Assembly (NCBI GenBank): GCA_965223325.1
Contig: CBDCWI010000001.1
Span: 224,001 to 288,000, forward strand
Direction of reading: 5' to 3'
Source: Candidatus Multivoradales bacterium
Lineage (GTDB): Bacteria; Acidobacteriota; Thermoanaerobaculia; Multivoradales; Multivoraceae
DNA: 64,000 nucleotides
A model generated the notes under the pieces. The model was given only the letters and a program-made list of their open reading frames with translations, was not told where the DNA came from and searched no databases. The number at the start of each line of letters is the position of its first letter. Position 1 is the stretch's first letter. Shown piece after piece: positions 1 to 10,136 of this stretch. The position numbers and the translations under genes were made by a program.

Positions 1-2595
1 CCCTTCCGGCAAGTCGATGGAGGCTGCCACCTTCTCGATGCGCTCACGGGTCTCGTCCTCCTTGCCCTCCTCCAGTTCGAGAACGATCTTCTTGGCCGTG
101 CGTTTGTTCTGCCGGTAGATGCGCGTCGCGGTGGGGAGCTTCTCTACGTCGACGAGGGTGCCGAGTGCCACCGCCCCACCGTCATGCGTGGGAACTGAGA
201 AGTCACCGAGCTCTCCTAAGCCCTGGCGGTCCTCTTCCTCGAAACGAACCCGTACCGGAATCTCGCGGCCGGCCTGGTAGATGCGCGGCAAGGGCTGACC
301 GCGAAGGGCGTAACTCACCACTCCCGCGACCGTCTGCGGATCGACTCCTTGTCGCTGTGCGCGCTGACGATCGAGAACCAGCGCCAACTCATTGGGGTCA
401 TCTTCACCGGCACCCTTGCGGCCGATAACACCTGGTAGTCGCACGAAGGTCGTCTCGAGCTCGCGCGCTAGCCGATCCAGGGTCTCGGCTTCCTCGCCGT
501 AGAGGGTCAGGGTATGACTCGCCTTCTGGTCCTCGTCGCCACCCTGCCGCTGCTGGCCGGTCTCGAACTCGATCCCCGGCATCTCAGGCAGAATCTCGAG
601 GATCTTGTCGACCATCTGGCGGGGCGGGCGACTGTCGCCGGCTCGCAGCGCGCCCTGAATCTCACCCCAGCTTCTCTGTTGCACGAGGATGAAGAACTCG
701 AGATCGAGTTCTTGCTCGTTGAGTTCGAGAATCTCCTTCTCGGCAGCGAGAAACCAGGCCTGGCCTTCTTCGAAGGTGATGTTGTCGGGTAGATCGACGT
801 CGATCTCGAAGAAGGCCTGTTCGTCTTCTGACATCGCCACGACGTCGAGCCGCTCCTTGGCCGCCCACTGGGTGAGCGCCAGGACAGCGGCGATCAAGAC
901 GATTGACTCGAGACGATGCTGTAGGCACCAGGTGAGGGCGCGACCGTAGAAGGAGTTGAGAAGGCCGAAGGTCTTCTCGTACAGGCGTCGAAGCGTTCTT
1001 ACAAAGCCGCGCTTGAGGCGCACGCTGGCGCGCGTTGGATCGTCCTTGTGGTCGCGTGTTGGCAGCGTCAGGTAGACCGCCAGCGGAATCACCAGCAGTG
1101 CGACGAGGAGCGATGCAGCCAACGACACCGAGATCGGGATAGCAAGTCGCAAGAGAAAGAACTGCCCTTGACCCTCGACCAGAGCGACCGGCAGAAACAC
1201 CACGATCGTCGTCAGCGTCGCGGTGGTGATGGCCATCGAAATCTCACCGGCGCCACGAATGCAGGCCACGCGCCGTGAAACTTCTCCACCACGATGAATG
1301 CGATGGATGTTCTCCGCCACGACCACCGCGTTGTCGACCAGGAGACCCACCGAAATCATCAAACCCAGAAGCGACAACACGTTGAGGGTCTCACCGGCGA
1401 AATACATCACCACCAAGGCGACCACCATCGATAGCGGAATCGACAGCGCAATGATCATGCTCAAGCGGAAGCGCCGCAGGAAGAAGAACAAGACGATCAT
1501 CGCGAGGATGGCACCGACCCGACCGCTCGACAACAGGGTCGCCAGGCTGGTGCGAATGATCTCGCCCTGGTTCATGATCAGGTCGATTTGCATCGACTTG
1601 AGCCGGTTCTCCTGGCGCAGTCGGTCGCGCAGTGCCTTGACCCGGTCTGCGACCTCGAGGGTGTTGGCGTCACCCTCCTTCATGATCATCATGGCGTACG
1701 CCGGGCGACCGTTCACCCGCACCATGTAGTCCTTCTCGGGTTCGTCGTAGGTAACCCTTGCAACATCCGAGAGCCGGACGTTGGGAGCCACCCGAATGGC
1801 GCCGACCGACTCGGGGGTGCGGTAGCGGGCCACCGAGCGGAGAAGCAACTTGCGGTCACCGGACCTGATGTTGCCGCTCGCCAGCGAAAAGTTGTCGCGC
1901 GCCAGGTCCTGGGCGATCTGGTAGATGTTCAGGCCCGTTGCCTCGAGCCGTTCCCGGTCGAGCTCGATGAGGATTTCCTTCTGCTCGAGACCTTGGACCT
2001 CGACCAGCGCCACACCCTCTAAACGCTCGAGTGGTCGCTTGATCTCGTCTTCGATCAGGTTGTAGACGTCCGCCGTTCCCTCCTCGATCGCCAGGCCCAT
2101 CATGGCAACCGGAAACCCGCTGGCATCGTGCTTCTGGATGAAGACCTGCTCGACATCATCCGGCATCCGAGAACGGGCGCGCTCGATCCGGTCACGCACC
2201 TCGCGATAGGCCACGTCCATATCGGTCCCGAGCTTGAACGTCATGAACAGAGACGCGCGCCCGTTCCCCGCCCAGGTGTAGACGTTGTCGAGCCCCCGCA
2301 CCGTCGAGACCTCTTCCTCGAGCGGCAGGGCGACCTTGTCGAGGACCTCCTGCGGCGGCGCGTCGGGCCATGGCACCGCAAGGCCGAGGAAGGGCTGAGA
2401 GAACCCGGTGGGAATGAGCTCGATGGGAATGCGCATCAAGGCGACGACCCCCAGCACCGCCAGGGTGAGGACCAGAACCAGAACGGTCACCCGTCGGTTG
2501 ATCGAGAACGCCGGCAGCGCCGTCTCCAACGGATGCTGGCCTTCGCTGGCTTCCGGGCGCAAGGTGGGTTCCGGGGTGGGCACCTGAGCGGTCAT
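1..2595 (-). CDS. RND efflux transporter permease subunit (AcrB/AcrD/AcrF family), second paralog; 3' end lies beyond the window start
   Basis: Missing from the ORF track because it has no stop in the window. Manual translation from ATG 2595 (ATGA overlap with the upstream stop) gives MTAQVPT...FSINRRVTVLVLVLTLAVLG...PPQEVLDKVALPLEEEV, and TM4 reads VGLLVDNAVVVAENI. The segments I translated, including the last one down to base 1, are in the same frame. Confidence 0.93.
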   Translation of the reverse strand, partial: MTAQVPTPEPTLRPEASEGQHPLETALPAFSINRRVTVLVLVLTLAVLGVVALMRIPIELIPTGFSQPFLGLAVPWPDAPPQEVLDKVALPLEEEVSTVRGLDNVYTWAGNGRASLFMTFKLGTDMDVAYREVRDRIERARSRMPDDVEQVFIQKHDASGFPVAMMGLAIEEGTADVYNLIEDEIKRPLERLEGVALVEVQGLEQKEILIELDRERLEATGLNIYQIAQDLARDNFSLASGNIRSGDRKLLLRSVARYRTPESVGAIRVAPNVRLSDVARVTYDEPEKDYMVRVNGRPAYAMMIMKEGDANTLEVADRVKALRDRLRQENRLKSMQIDLIMNQGEIIRTSLATLLSSGRVGAILAMIVLFFFLRRFRLSMIIALSIPLSMVVALVVMYFAGETLNVLSLLGLMISVGLLVDNAVVVAENIHRIHRGGEVSRRVACIRGAGEISMAITTATLTTIVVFLPVALVEGQGQFFLLRLAIPISVSLAASLLVALLVIPLAVYLTLPTRDHKDDPTRASVRLKRGFVRTLRRLYEKTFGLLNSFYGRALTWCLQHRLESIVLIAAVLALTQWAAKERLDVVAMSEDEQAFFEIDVDLPDNITFEEGQAWFLAAEKEILELNEQELDLEFFILVQQRSWGEIQGALRAGDSRPPRQMVDKILEILPEMPGIEFETGQQRQGGDEDQKASHTLTLYGEEAETLDRLARELETTFVRLPGVIGRKGAGEDDPNELALVLDRQRAQRQGVDPQTVAGVVSYALRGQPLPRIYQAGREIPVRVRFEEEDRQGLGELGDFSVPTHDGGAVALGTLVDVEKLPTATRIYRQNKRTAKKIVLELEEGKEDETRERIEKVAASIDLPEG

Positions 2596-5500
2596 GACGG
2601 TGCTCCCATCGAACCTTCGAGAACCGGAGTATCGCGCTCGCCGTCCCGCAGGTTGTCTCCCGGCATCGCGAGAACTTCGCGACCGAGAATCCGGCCCGCG
2701 GTGCGGTCGATGAGCAGGTAGATCACCGGTACCACCAGGAGTGTCAGAAACGTCGAAGACACCAGGCCTCCAATCACGGCAAGCGCCATCGGCGTTCGGA
2801 TCTCGGCGCCTTCACCAATTCCGAGCGCCATCGGAACGAGACCCAGGGCGGTCGTCGCCGTGGTCATCAGAATCGGACGCAGCCGAATCGTGCCAGCGGT
2901 CACGATCGCCTGTTCACGCCCCTGACCTCGTCGCCGCAGGGTGTTGATGTAGTCGACCATCACGATCGCGTTGTTCACCACGATGCCCGCCAGCATGATC
3001 ATGCCCAGAAAGACGACGATCGAGAGGTTCACATCGAGCAGCCACAGCGTCAGGAACGTACCGAAGAACGCCAGCGGAATCGTGAACATGATCACCAGCG
3101 GCTGGACGAGCGACTCGAACTGCGCCGCCATGATGACGTAGACGAGAAACACCGAAAGCAGGAGCGCCAGCCAAAGGCTGCCGCTCGAGCGCTCCCACTC
3201 CTGGCTCTGGCCGCCGACTGTGTAGGTCATGCCGCGCGCCCACTCGCGCTCGCTGAGCAGCCTCTCGATCGCAGCCACCGCACCGCCGAGCGACGCGTCA
3301 CCGAGGTTGGCACGAATCAGACCGACCCGCCGACCGTCCGAACGCCTGATCTCCGACGCGCCTTCGCCCTGACGGATCTCGGCAACCGCCGAGAGCGGAA
3401 TGGGGCGCTCCGCCCCGGGATTGATGACCAGCCCCGAAAGGTCTTCGGTCGAGCGCCGGTCGGCCTCTTCGAGGCGCACGACGATCGGAATACGACGGTC
3501 CTTCAGGTTGTAGAGCGTCGCCTCGTAGCCTTTGATCTGGTTGCGCACTTGTTCGGCAATCTGCGAGATGCCCATTTCGTAGCGCGACAGTCGCTCGCGA
3601 TCGTAGATGATCTGCACCTCGGGAGCACCGGCTCGCAGGGTGGTCTCGACATCGGCGAGCTCATCGAGCGCTGCCAGCTCCTCTTGCACGTCCTGGGTCA
3701 CTCGACGCAGCTGGGAGAGGTCTTCGCCCTCGACCTCGACTTCGATCGGAGTCTTGAAGCTGAACAACACCGGTCGCGCCACGCGCGAGGTCAGGTCCGG
3801 AACCCCGAGCAGCTCCCGCCGGATGCGCGCGACAACAGAGTCCTCGGTCTCGGGACCGCCCTCGGTGAGAACCTTGAAGCGGGCGGTGTGCTCACCCTCG
3901 TCCGAGCTCTGCGAAGTCTCGGGGTCGAAGCCATAGGTCACCAAGAGCGAGCCGACGCCATCAGGGTTCGCCAGCAGGCTCTGTTCGATGCCGGCCAGGG
4001 TGCGTTCGGTCTCGGCAACCGGAGTGCCGACGGGTAGCGCCACCTCGAAGGTGAATTCACCCTGGCGCACCTCGGGAAGGAGCTCCGTTTCGAGATCGGT
4101 GAGCAAGTACCAGGAGGCAGCTAGAACACCGACCAGCAGCGCCACGATGATGCCGGGATGACGAAGTCCGAAACGCAGGGTGCTCGGGTAGACCGACGAG
4201 GTACGCGAGCCGAGCCCCGAGAGACCAAGTACCCCGGCCAGGCTTCCAACGAACGCCGCCAGGCGGTCTCGTACGAAGAGGGTCAGCCCCCAGAGTCCGG
4301 CAAAGACTCGCGAGAGCCCAAACAGAACGCCCAGGAGGAACTTGCCCACCAGCTCGAGAACCGTCCCCAGCACGAAACGTACGGCGAGGAACAAGAAGGC
4401 CGGCCCCAGCAGCAAGCGGCGCACGAAGCCGCCTCGTGCGGCCCAGGCCAGAAGAGCAACCCGGTCTCGTTTCAAGATCCTGAAGGCCTCGATGCGGCGC
4501 CAATCGCGCTTGCCACCCTCTTCGACCTGGGCAGGCTTCTCACGACTGGCCAGCATCGGAATGAAGAACAGGGCCACCGCCATCGACGCGAGCAACGAGA
4601 ACACGACCGCAAGACCGAGGTCTCCGAAGGCCTGTCCCGCGATTCCCTCGACGAACACCATCGGAAAGAACACCGCGATCGAGGTCAGGATGGAGGCAAT
4701 CACCGCGGAACGAACCTCGTAGGTGCCCCGTACTGCCGCCCGATAGACACTGTCGCCATCCTGCCGACATCGATGGATCGACTCGAGCACGACGATCGAG
4801 GAGTCCACCAACATGCCGATGCCGAGCGCTAGCCCACCAAGCGACATGATGTTGAGCGACACGCCGAGAGCATGGAGAGGAGCGAAGGTGATCAGGAGCG
4901 AGATCGGGATCGAAACGGCGACGATCAGGGTCGTCACCGCGTTGCGCAGGAACAGGTACAGCACGATCACCGCCAGAACGCCGCCGAGAATCGCGGTGTT
5001 GCGCACATCGGCGATGCTGGCCTCGATGAACTCGGAGCGATCGGCGACCACCTGGAGCTCAACGCCCTCGGCGCGGTAGAGATTCGTTGCCAAGCCGTCA
5101 GGCTTCTTGTTGCGACCCGGCGGACCGAAGCGAAAGCCGCGCTGGGGCTCTTCTAAGGCCTCGCCTCGGCTGCGCGCCGCTTCCTTCTCGAGGTCGAGCT
5201 CGCCCACCGTCCGGACGATCCGATCGGCCAGCGCGACCATGTTCGCGTCGGCCTCTTTGAACACGTCGAGCTGGACGCTTTCACGGCCACCGGAGCGGGT
5301 GATGATCTCGCGATCGCGGTTCGACATCTCGACCCGACCGAGGTCCTGAACTCGCACCTCGCGACCGTCGACGCGGGTTACGATGGTCTGTCGAATCTGC
5401 TCGAGGTCAGCGTACTCGTTGACCGTGCGCACCATGAACTCGGTGCGTCCCTCCTCGAGGGTTCCTCCCGCGAGATTGATGTTCTCCTGTGCCAGCCGGT

Positions 5501-6203
5501 CGATGACTGCGGTCGCCGGGAGCCCCGTGCGACGCATACGCTCGGCGTCGAGCAGCACGTGGATCTCTTCTTCGAGGCCACCGCGTACGCGCACAGCCGC
5601 AACGCCCTTGATCGGCTCGAGGGCTCGCTTCACCTGCAGCTCCGCGATCCGGCGCAGGCGACGCAGACCGTCTGGACCTTCAAACCGATCGCCGTGACCC
5701 GACAGGCTGAGCTCCATGACCGGGTCGAGACTGGGATCGAAGCGCAGAATCAGCGGTCGCTCCGCCTCCTGAGGCAGCAGCACCAGATCGAGCTTCTCGA
5801 GGGTGTCCTGGACCGCGTCGGCCATCGACGTATCCCACGAGAACTCGAGCACGACATCGCTGACACCGGCACGGCTGATGCTGCTCATGCGCCGCAGTCC
5901 CCCAACGATGCCCAGGGTCTCCTCGAGGCGCCGCGAGATGTCGTTCTCGACCTCCTCGGGTGCGGCGCCGGGATACTGCGTGCGCACGGTGAGCGTCGGG
6001 TAGCTGAGCTCAGGCATCAGCGTCACCGGCAGGCGCTGATAGGAGAGCGCGCCAAACACCACGGCGGCCAGGAAGACCATCAAGACGCCAACCGGGCGGC
6101 GAGTCACGAAACTGTCGGAAGGAGCCCTCAGAGCACCGGGTAGAGCGAGGTCCGCGACGCGGGCCTCACTCGCACTCCCCCCGCCCTTCGAATGACTTTG
6201 CAT
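2592..6203 (-). CDS. RND efflux transporter permease subunit (AcrB family)
   Basis: Motifs YPGAAPEEVE, GMLVDSSIVVLE, GIVVNNAIVMVD and RLRPILMT. Start moved from 6284 to ATG 6203 to avoid overlap with the adaptor gene. Confidence 0.95.
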   Translation of the reverse strand: MQSHSKGGGSASEARVADLALPGALRAPSDSFVTRRPVGVLMVFLAAVVFGALSYQRLPVTLMPELSYPTLTVRTQYPGAAPEEVENDISRRLEETLGIVGGLRRMSSISRAGVSDVVLEFSWDTSMADAVQDTLEKLDLVLLPQEAERPLILRFDPSLDPVMELSLSGHGDRFEGPDGLRRLRRIAELQVKRALEPIKGVAAVRVRGGLEEEIHVLLDAERMRRTGLPATAVIDRLAQENINLAGGTLEEGRTEFMVRTVNEYADLEQIRQTIVTRVDGREVRVQDLGRVEMSNRDREIITRSGGRESVQLDVFKEADANMVALADRIVRTVGELDLEKEAARSRGEALEEPQRGFRFGPPGRNKKPDGLATNLYRAEGVELQVVADRSEFIEASIADVRNTAILGGVLAVIVLYLFLRNAVTTLIVAVSIPISLLITFAPLHALGVSLNIMSLGGLALGIGMLVDSSIVVLESIHRCRQDGDSVYRAAVRGTYEVRSAVIASILTSIAVFFPMVFVEGIAGQAFGDLGLAVVFSLLASMAVALFFIPMLASREKPAQVEEGGKRDWRRIEAFRILKRDRVALLAWAARGGFVRRLLLGPAFLFLAVRFVLGTVLELVGKFLLGVLFGLSRVFAGLWGLTLFVRDRLAAFVGSLAGVLGLSGLGSRTSSVYPSTLRFGLRHPGIIVALLVGVLAASWYLLTDLETELLPEVRQGEFTFEVALPVGTPVAETERTLAGIEQSLLANPDGVGSLLVTYGFDPETSQSSDEGEHTARFKVLTEGGPETEDSVVARIRRELLGVPDLTSRVARPVLFSFKTPIEVEVEGEDLSQLRRVTQDVQEELAALDELADVETTLRAGAPEVQIIYDRERLSRYEMGISQIAEQVRNQIKGYEATLYNLKDRRIPIVVRLEEADRRSTEDLSGLVINPGAERPIPLSAVAEIRQGEGASEIRRSDGRRVGLIRANLGDASLGGAVAAIERLLSEREWARGMTYTVGGQSQEWERSSGSLWLALLLSVFLVYVIMAAQFESLVQPLVIMFTIPLAFFGTFLTLWLLDVNLSIVVFLGMIMLAGIVVNNAIVMVDYINTLRRRGQGREQAIVTAGTIRLRPILMTTATTALGLVPMALGIGEGAEIRTPMALAVIGGLVSSTFLTLLVVPVIYLLIDRTAGRILGREVLAMPGDNLRDGERDTPVLEGSMGAPS

Positions 6204-6225
6204 CGACTGAGAGAACCCTGGGTGC

Positions 6226-7356
6226 TTACTGGCCGGCGAAGGCGTCGATCGCATCGTCGAGGTCGAGAAGCCGTACTTCGGCACCCTCTTTGAGACCCGC
6301 CTGACCGGCGATGACGACCAGATCGCCTTCCGCGAGTACCTCGTCGGAGACCGAGATCAGGTCGGCATTCTCGAGCACCGCCTCGATCATCCGACGTTCG
6401 ACCCGTTTGTCGTCGTCGACCTGGTAGACGAAGGTCTGATCCTGATCCCACACCAACGCGCGCTTGGGCACCAGGAGTGCGTCGGAAACCGTGTCCGCCA
6501 CCAGGTCGACCTCGACGTACATCCCCGGCACCAGGCCCTTTTGAGGGGGTACGCGCAGGGTCACCTTGACCGTGCCACTACGGGGATCGACGACTGGCGC
6601 TATGCGATCGATCACTGCTTCGCGCGCCGCCCCGCCCGCTTGAGTCGAGATGCGTGCCTCTTGCCCGGGCGCCAGCCGGGCCACTTCCTTCTCGGGCACG
6701 AAGATCTTGGCGACGATGGTGTTGAAGTCGACGATGTCGAACAGGTGCGCGCCCATCTGCACGTGGTCACCGACATCGACGAGACGCTGGGTGACGATTC
6801 CCGAGATCGGGGCCGTCACCTCGGTGTAGCTCAGGTCTCGTTCAGCGTCGGCGAGCGCGATCTCGAGTTGCTCGAGCTCGTAGGTGGCATCGGAAAAGGC
6901 CTTCTCCGAGATCAACTCCTGCTCGTACAGCCGTTTTTGCCGGTCGTACTCGCGACGGGCGCGCTCGAGCTGACTCGTCACCTTGGCGACCGAGCTCCTC
7001 TGCTCGTCGCTCTCGAGACGCACCAGGAGCTGGCCGCGACGCACGCGCGAGCCTTCTTCGACCCGCAGTTCAGTCACCTTGCGCGACGCCTCGGCGTAGA
7101 CCTCGACCGCCGACTCGGCTTCGAGGTTCGACGAAAAGTGCAGCACACTCTCGATGGATCCCCGAGACAGCGGAATCGCAGCGACCGCGATGCGCTCATC
7201 GATCTGTGGAGCGGCATCGGCGCCTGGGATTTCGGCGGCGTCGCTCTTGTCTGCCGTGCAGCCAATGGACGCCGGCAAGACGACGCCCGTGACAAGGAGC
7301 AGCAGCCAGAGGGCCAGGCCTCCGCTGATCGTCGGTCGGTCGAGTTGTTCTTTCAT
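6226..7356 (-). CDS. RND efflux periplasmic adaptor (membrane fusion protein)
   Basis: N-terminal hydrophobic anchor, VEEGSRVRRGQLL, coiled-coil hairpin, TAPISGIV, PVVDPRSGT; directly upstream of two RND permeases. Confidence 0.95.
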   Translation of the reverse strand: MKEQLDRPTISGGLALWLLLLVTGVVLPASIGCTADKSDAAEIPGADAAPQIDERIAVAAIPLSRGSIESVLHFSSNLEAESAVEVYAEASRKVTELRVEEGSRVRRGQLLVRLESDEQRSSVAKVTSQLERARREYDRQKRLYEQELISEKAFSDATYELEQLEIALADAERDLSYTEVTAPISGIVTQRLVDVGDHVQMGAHLFDIVDFNTIVAKIFVPEKEVARLAPGQEARISTQAGGAAREAVIDRIAPVVDPRSGTVKVTLRVPPQKGLVPGMYVEVDLVADTVSDALLVPKRALVWDQDQTFVYQVDDDKRVERRMIEAVLENADLISVSDEVLAEGDLVVIAGQAGLKEGAEVRLLDLDDAIDAFAGQ

Positions 7357-7698
7357 GGCGGGAGTTCTACTGATGTGTGTGGTGCTGGGGGATCTGCCGG
7401 TCGCGAGATGAAGAGGGCGAGGGTCCTAGGGACCCGCTGGGCTCGAGCACCCCGTGCCGATGACCGAGGGACCTGTCCGGGCGTACACCAGCCGTGACCC
7501 GAGCACGAAAGCTCGAAGCATGGTGGTCTCACCGCCGATCGGGGTCGCTGTTTGCCAAGCGCCGTTCGAGGAGCCTCTCATGACTAGACTACGTCCCAGA
7601 AGCCTTGGATGTTTCCCGTCGTGCCCAAGATCATGACAGTCTTTTTGCCCCATCGCCGGCCCAGGGCACAGGTCGGCTACCCGAACGCCGGGCCCCGG

Positions 7699-8160
7699 TC
7701 AGGCATCGCCAGCGCTGTGGTCGATGGCGTGACGGGTGATGGCGGCAATCCCCTCGAGAGTGAAGGGCTTGCGGACGAAGAAGGTGTGTTCCGTAGTCTC
7801 GACGACTCCGTCGGTGTAGCCCGACATGAAGACCACCGGTAAATCGGGACGGACCTCACGCAAGCGGCGCACGATGTCGACTCCGTTGTCGCTCCCCATC
7901 ATCACGTCAGAGATGGCCAGGGTGACACGGTCGCCCGCCTGCACCGAGTACCGGAGTGCCTGATCGAGGTCGGCGGCCTCGAGCACGACGTAGCCGAGAT
8001 TCGAGAGAAACGCGGTCAGAACGTCGCGCACGCCCTGGTCGTCGTCGATGACGAGAACCGTCTCGTTACCGCGCGGCAAGACCTCGTCGACAGCCAGGGA
8101 CCCAGAAGCGGTCTCTTCAGAAGCACCCACGCTGAACTGTGTTGCTGGCTTCTGATCCAT
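7699..8160 (-). CDS. Single-domain response regulator (receiver domain of the hybrid-kinase C-terminal type)
   Basis: ETVLVIDDD, phosphoacceptor ISDVMM, VFMSGY, KPFT. Confidence 0.9.
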   Translation of the reverse strand: MDQKPATQFSVGASEETASGSLAVDEVLPRGNETVLVIDDDQGVRDVLTAFLSNLGYVVLEAADLDQALRYSVQAGDRVTLAISDVMMGSDNGVDIVRRLREVRPDLPVVFMSGYTDGVVETTEHTFFVRKPFTLEGIAAITRHAIDHSAGDA

Positions 8161-8178
8161 GGGATGTCTCCCCTCGTC

Positions 8179-8214
8179 GCGTCACCACACCGGCGGGTCG
8201 CCGGGAGGTGACGC
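8179..8214. terminator. GC-rich stem-loop between the secreted hypothetical gene and the receiver gene
   Basis: GCGTCACC...GGTGACGC arms with an inner CCGGCG/CGCCGG pair; no U-tract, so function is uncertain. Confidence 0.3.
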
Positions 8215-8225
8215 CAGGCGAATCG

Positions 8226-9221
8226 CTACGGACGCGAAGGTGACGCGCTCGACGGCGAATCACCATCGATCAGGGTGAGCCCCGTTGCGGTCAGACCAGA
8301 GGCGACCGGCAGCAGAAAGTTCTTCTTCTTCCACCAGGCGATCAGGCAAGCACGGCAGACTTCGTCACCACGGAAGAAACCCTTCGCGTCGACGCGAGTG
8401 ACGATGCCCTCGCACTTCCAATGGAAGATCTCCTCGGAGACCTGCCAAGGGGCAGTCTCGCCAACCGACAGATTCTCCGCCAGACCACGCTGGGTCTGAT
8501 CGAGTTCGTGGTCGCACCGATCGCGGACCTCGGTCACGTAGATATCGGTCACCGAAACCACCTGCCCGAAGGAGTCGTGAACGGCCGCCCAGTACTCGGT
8601 GGGTTCGTACTTCTGCGCCTCGAGGAAGTCCTGCAGCTCACGGTTGGTGAGTTGGTCCATCCAGTGGCGCTGCTGCAGTCGACCCTGGCCGGCACGTTGC
8701 TCGATCTTCTTCTGTTCGAGGTCACCGTTGGGGTTGCGGTCGTCGCTGAACTCTTTCGCGCGCCACCAGAGAGCGCGACGAAAGGGATCAGGGTCTTCCG
8801 TGTCTTCCACCCTTCGCGGTTTGAGGCCGTCGACATCGTTCTGCTCGAGATCGAGCTCGTGCTTGGCGAGCTCGGCATCCGTGGGCTGTGGCAGCACTCC
8901 CCAATAGCTGCCGGCGCCTTCGGGGTGAAGTTGCACCCAGTAGAAGTCTTCGACGATGTCGTTGAGCCGCCGAAAGTAGAAACGAACGTGGCTGCCCGGA
9001 ATATCGCTCTCGACATAGGCCCCGATCGGACCATTGGCACCGGGCTTGAGACACGTTACGGGGCTGACGCTGATCGACGTTCCACCGGTCGTCAGGTCCT
9101 CGGCGCCTGCCGCGGTAGCTGCTACGGGGAGAACCAGAAGCACCGCGACCGCGCACACTCGCAAGATCGATTCGGGAAGGCGCAAACGTGGTCTCGATGG
9201 CAAAGGTATGTTTGGGCGCAT
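8226..9221 (-). CDS. Secreted hypothetical protein
   Basis: Signal peptide (RVCAVAVLLVLPVAATAAGA) after ATG 9221. The further upstream extension is AT-rich intergenic DNA. Host-like codon usage. Confidence 0.75.
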   Translation of the reverse strand: MRPNIPLPSRPRLRLPESILRVCAVAVLLVLPVAATAAGAEDLTTGGTSISVSPVTCLKPGANGPIGAYVESDIPGSHVRFYFRRLNDIVEDFYWVQLHPEGAGSYWGVLPQPTDAELAKHELDLEQNDVDGLKPRRVEDTEDPDPFRRALWWRAKEFSDDRNPNGDLEQKKIEQRAGQGRLQQRHWMDQLTNRELQDFLEAQKYEPTEYWAAVHDSFGQVVSVTDIYVTEVRDRCDHELDQTQRGLAENLSVGETAPWQVSEEIFHWKCEGIVTRVDAKGFFRGDEVCRACLIAWWKKKNFLLPVASGLTATGLTLIDGDSPSSASPSRP

Positions 9222-9412
9222 GGTCTGTGGGGATTCAGGGGAGTGATAGAGGAAGGGCAGGGTCCCAGGCCCGGGCCGGTCCCTGCGCGTCAGAACGATT
9301 ATTATATATCTAAACCAGGAAAACAAGTAAAAGTAGGTTCTCGGCATAAAACTGGGCAATTCGCCAGCCGCTCCCCTCTCTGGGGGGTCCCGACCGCCGC
9401 AAACGCCCCATT

Positions 9413-10084
9413 CTAGGCCACTTCCCAGCTCTCCCCCGGTGCCAGCCGCTTGACCTCGACTCCTTCGGGCGCGAAATCATCGAGATCTACCTCGAGCGCT
9501 GGCCACGTCCCATGATGAATCGGAATCGCGACCGGTGCACCGATCCACTCGGCCGCCCGGGTGGCCAGCTCCGGGCCCATGGTGAAGCGGTCTCCCACCG
9601 GCACCAGGGCGACGTCTGGCTGGTAGATCTCGCCCAGCATCTTCATGTCGCTGAAGAGTCCGGTGTCGCCGCAGTGGTAGATCGTCTTGCCGCCAATGTG
9701 GACCATCAGGCCGCATGGCTGCCCCATGTAGACGCCCTCGAAGGACGAGGAGTGAAAGGCCTGCGTGAAAGCCACCCAGCCGAAGTCGGTGGCAACCTTG
9801 CCCCCGGGGTTACCGGGACTGCCCTTGGCGTGACCCTGACCTGTGAACCACTCAACCAACTCGTAGGCCGCAACGACCGTCGCATCACAACGCTTGGCAA
9901 TCGCCACGCTGTCACCGACATGGTCTTGATGGCCGTGGGTGAGGGCGAGCCACTGGCAATCGATGTCGTCAGGCGAATGCTTGGCGACCGGGTTGCCGGT
10001 CAGGAAGGGATCGACGGCAAGGCTGTGGTGGCCGTCGCTGAAGAGAAAACCAGAGTGACCGAGAAAGGTGATCTGAACGGACAT
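9413..10084 (-). CDS. Metal-dependent hydrolase, metallo-beta-lactamase fold (UPF0173/YtkL-like)
   Basis: ITFLGHS, DPFLTGNP, THGHQDH, AFHSS, HCGDTGLF, IPIHHGTW. Confidence 0.93.
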   Translation of the reverse strand: MSVQITFLGHSGFLFSDGHHSLAVDPFLTGNPVAKHSPDDIDCQWLALTHGHQDHVGDSVAIAKRCDATVVAAYELVEWFTGQGHAKGSPGNPGGKVATDFGWVAFTQAFHSSSFEGVYMGQPCGLMVHIGGKTIYHCGDTGLFSDMKMLGEIYQPDVALVPVGDRFTMGPELATRAAEWIGAPVAIPIHHGTWPALEVDLDDFAPEGVEVKRLAPGESWEVA

Positions 10085-10136
10085 CGAAACGCTCCTCTCG
10101 TGGCAGTCGTGCCACCGGCAGGTTGAAGGGACGGTC

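Noticed and set aside
7426-7653. Small ORFs upstream of the RND adaptor
   Set aside because: No motif or codon support; more likely promoter or leader DNA.
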